Shown: positions 61,339 through 64,000 of the stretch, one piece after another | Layout of the letters: the number at the start of each line of letters is the position of its first letter | Numbering within the stretch: position 1 is the first letter of the stretch | Source of the DNA: Geopsychrobacteraceae bacterium | GTDB lineage: Bacteria > Desulfobacterota > Desulfuromonadia > Desulfuromonadales > Geopsychrobacteraceae | Assembly: GCA_963662315.1 (NCBI GenBank) | Contig: OY759353.1 | Location: forward strand, 256,001-320,000 | Length of the DNA: 64,000 nt | Direction of reading: 5' to 3' | Made by a program: the position numbers and the translations under genes | The notes under the pieces: generated by a model | Databases searched by the model: none | What the model saw: the letters and a program-made list of their open reading frames with translations, nothing else | What the model was told of the DNA's origin: nothing

Positions 61339-62700
61339 TTAGCCTTTCACCTGTTCCAGAACGGTGCGCATGGCTTCCCCTTTGGCGAGACACTCATGCC
61401 ATTCATTTTCGGGGATGGAGTCAGCGACAATTCCGGCGCCGGTCTGGTAGGTCAGAATATGGTTAAAACGTTGAAAGCTGCGAATCAGAATGTTCAGGTC
61501 CATGGCGCCGGTCACGCTGATATAGCCGGCACTGCCGGTATAGCTGCCACGGCCGACCGATTCCAGTTCATCGATAATCTCCATGCAGCGCTTCTTGGGC
61601 ACCCCGGTAATGGTTCCGCCGGGGAAGGTGGCCCGCAGCAGCCCGAAGGGGCCGCAGTCGTTTCTCAGTCTGCCACGGACGTTGGAGACAATGTGGGTGA
61701 CGTGGGAGTAGCGCTCCAGAACCATCAGCTCGTCAACTTCAACGCTTCCGGCCTGACAGACTTTGCCCAGATCATTGCGCTCCAGGTCGATGAGCATAAT
61801 ATGCTCGGCCCGCTCTTTGGGGTGACCGAGCAGCTCTTTGCCAAGCTGGTGATCCTGAGGTGGGCTAAACCCGCGTGGCCTGGTGCCGGCGATGGGGCGT
61901 GTTTCGGCCAGGCCGTCCTCACTTAAGGAGACCAGTCGTTCCGGGGAGCTGGAAATAATCTCCAGACCGGGGAAGTTCAGATAACAGGCAAAGGGGGAGG
62001 GGTTAAGCTCGCGCAAATGGCGGTAGAGTTGCGTTGATGAACCGCTGATGCGCCCATCAAAGCGGCACGACAGATTGACCTGATAAATATCACCGGCGGC
62101 AATATATTCTTTTCCCTGTTCCACCATCGCCATAAAGGTTTCTTGACTGATGATCGGTTGTGGCAGCATATCAACTTGCAGGGGCAGAGGGGCTTCGTCA
62201 GGTTGGATCTGCTTGATCCGTACCGCCATTGCCTCCAGATCAAAATCATCAGCAACGGTAGCGATGATCAGGTTCTTATGCTGATGATCGTAAACGGCCG
62301 TGGCATCGACCCAGTAGAGGTCCAGGTCCGGAGTTGGCAGATCGCGCCGCGCTCGCTGCGGTAAGCGTTCGATGGCGGCGGCCAGATCGTAACTGAAATA
62401 GCCGAAAAAACCACCGGGAAAAGGGGACGGCGAAGCCTGTTGATGTTGCGCCGCCAGAATATCTTCAAGAATGCTGAAGGGATCGCCCGGTAGCTCACTG
62501 TATAGATCTCCATCAAGGCAAAACAGCTTGCCCGCTGCTAGTACGTAGCGTTCAGTTGTGCGCAGTGGCACGATGGAATAGCGTCCGGTTTTGGGTAACG
62601 GGTTCAACGTTTCCAGAAAGCCGGGTCCGCCGGGGCATAAATGGTTATAGATGGCCAGAGGATCAAAGCTGTCCATAGCCATGGTCAGATGACGAATCAT
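61339..62700 (-). CDS. pabB: Aminodeoxychorismate synthase component I
   Basis: GDIYQVN, SSSPE, RPIAGTRPR, KERAEHIMLIDLERND, FPGGTITGVPK. TrpE paralog not fully excluded. Confidence 0.82.
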   Translation of the reverse strand: MIRHLTMAMDSFDPLAIYNHLCPGGPGFLETLNPLPKTGRYSIVPLRTTERYVLAAGKLFCLDGDLYSELPGDPFSILEDILAAQHQQASPSPFPGGFFGYFSYDLAAAIERLPQRARRDLPTPDLDLYWVDATAVYDHQHKNLIIATVADDFDLEAMAVRIKQIQPDEAPLPLQVDMLPQPIISQETFMAMVEQGKEYIAAGDIYQVNLSCRFDGRISGSSTQLYRHLRELNPSPFACYLNFPGLEIISSSPERLVSLSEDGLAETRPIAGTRPRGFSPPQDHQLGKELLGHPKERAEHIMLIDLERNDLGKVCQAGSVEVDELMVLERYSHVTHIVSNVRGRLRNDCGPFGLLRATFPGGTITGVPKKRCMEIIDELESVGRGSYTGSAGYISVTGAMDLNILIRSFQRFNHILTYQTGAGIVADSIPENEWHECLAKGEAMRTVLEQVKG

Positions 62701-63299
62701 TGGTTAGCTTCCAGTTTGAGATTGAGTGGTTTTCTGGCAATGATCCCGACTAGCGATCCTCCCTTTTTCGACGCTTCAACGCCTTCTTCATAAACAAGGA
62801 TTTCCCAGCCGTTGAACAGCTGGCGCAGCGCTCCTGTTTCCATAACCATGGCCGGAGCGAGGCGGCACGGCTCGAAATCACCTGCGTGACTGAAGGTGCG
62901 GATAATAATGAGCCCCCCCGGTTTAACCAGTTTCTGCATCGATGGAAGCAGCGGGCGGTGCATATAATAAAAGTTGATCACCAGGTCAAACTGTTGCGCA
63001 GGGAGGTCCGGTTGTTGCTCCAAGTCAATCAGCCGGGTGGTCAGTTTCAGCCCGCGCCTGGCCCCTTCTTCCTGTAATTGATTCAAAGCCACCCGGGAAT
63101 AATCAACGGCGGTTACCTGGTAGCCATGCTCGGCCAGGAACAAGGCATTACGTCCTCGCCCACAGGCGAGGTCAAGCGCGGTGCCCTGTCTAAGGATATG
63201 ACGGTGAGCAGCCAACCAGCTGTCGACCTGCCAGCCGTCGCTGAAGCTCTTTTTCTGCCAGCGCTGATCCCAGGTCTGTTGTTCTTTATTGTCGGGCAT
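62697..63299 (-). CDS. Class I SAM-dependent methyltransferase (TehB-like)
   Basis: ALDLACGRGRNA, AVDYS, VKPGG. Confidence 0.85.
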   Translation of the reverse strand: MPDNKEQQTWDQRWQKKSFSDGWQVDSWLAAHRHILRQGTALDLACGRGRNALFLAEHGYQVTAVDYSRVALNQLQEEGARRGLKLTTRLIDLEQQPDLPAQQFDLVINFYYMHRPLLPSMQKLVKPGGLIIIRTFSHAGDFEPCRLAPAMVMETGALRQLFNGWEILVYEEGVEASKKGGSLVGIIARKPLNLKLEANQ

Positions 63300-63306
63300 A
63301 GTCTCT

Positions 63307-64000
63307 CTACTGTTTCATCAGGGCTACGGCAATCAGGGCCAGTACAATGGCGGCGATGCGTGGCCTGGACAAGTGTTCACGGTACAGAATAACCGAAAGG
63401 ATAATGGCAATAATAAACTGCATGCCGGTGATCAGCATCACGGCTGACAGCGGACCGGTTTCCATGGCGCAGAGCAGGGCATAAAAACCGACAAAGTTGA
63501 GCGCACCCATGGTCAGGCCCAATGTGAGTGCGGCTTTGTTGTTGCCAGCTCCCGGCGATTTTTTCCAACGCAGGTTAATCCCCAAAGAGAAAACAGTTGC
63601 CAGCAGGTAAGTCAGTGCCATGAAGGCGGCTTTATCGGTTTGTATGGCGGCAAATTTACAGGATATGGAGGACAGGGCCGCGCAGCTGATGTTGGCAGCG
63701 ACAAACCATAAACCGGTCATCTGGCTGGCGTTGATCTTCCGACTGCGCAGTTCACTGAGCAAGACCCCGACAACGGCGAAAGCCGACAGCATACCGAGCC
63801 ATTGAATCGAACGCAGATGGTCGCCAAAATAGCTGAGGGAAAACAGGATAACCAGCACCATGGTCAGGCGGGTCAGGGGGAAGGTAACGCTGGCCGGCAG
63901 GCGTTTCAGGGCTTCAATATTAAAGATAGTGGCCGCGGCAAAGGTGGTGCTGTTGATCAGTGACCAGAGGATCAGCGCCCCGGGGTTAACGATGACGGTG
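63307..64000 (-). CDS. EamA/DMT family transporter (5' end outside the window)
   Basis: Frame stays open to the window edge; ALKRLPASVTFP, GPLSAV, YREHLS; multiple TMs. Confidence 0.8.
   Translation of the reverse strand, partial: TVIVNPGALILWSLINSTTFAAATIFNIEALKRLPASVTFPLTRLTMVLVILFSLSYFGDHLRSIQWLGMLSAFAVVGVLLSELRSRKINASQMTGLWFVAANISCAALSSISCKFAAIQTDKAAFMALTYLLATVFSLGINLRWKKSPGAGNNKAALTLGLTMGALNFVGFYALLCAMETGPLSAVMLITGMQFIIAIILSVILYREHLSRPRIAAIVLALIAVALMKQ

Overview
Bacterial chromosomal window. Gene content suggests a Desulfuromonadales-like deltaproteobacterium (inference only). Core and metabolic genes: carboxynorspermidine synthase/decarboxylase, metF, Fe-ADH, a TRAP transporter with a UxaA-family dehydratase, a MacAB-like ABC exporter, an NSS transporter, pabB/pabC and tRNA-Leu(CAA). 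Signalling genes: four GGDEF cyclases, a CdaA-YbbR diadenylate cyclase fusion and a PAS hybrid kinase. An accessory/defence region spans about 31-51 kb: SatD + DUF3307, a SAM methyltransferase with an HNH remnant, a Zn-phospholipase C + lipoprotein pair, an IS110/IS1111 element, a Dcm-Vsr-MORC ATPase-Z1-DUF4420-AIPR operon, parDE and MazG. Three non-coding signals stand out. (1) A highly structured ~455-bp repeat occurs in four co-oriented tandem arrays (about 10 units), with compensatory base changes, mirror-image ends and shuffled variable modules. (2) The IS110 right end contains a readable bridge/seekRNA whose guides match its own insertion site, a REP-like hairpin. (3) Two further hairpin-repeat families separate single genes like a cassette array. 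All calls were made by eye; no database searches were run.
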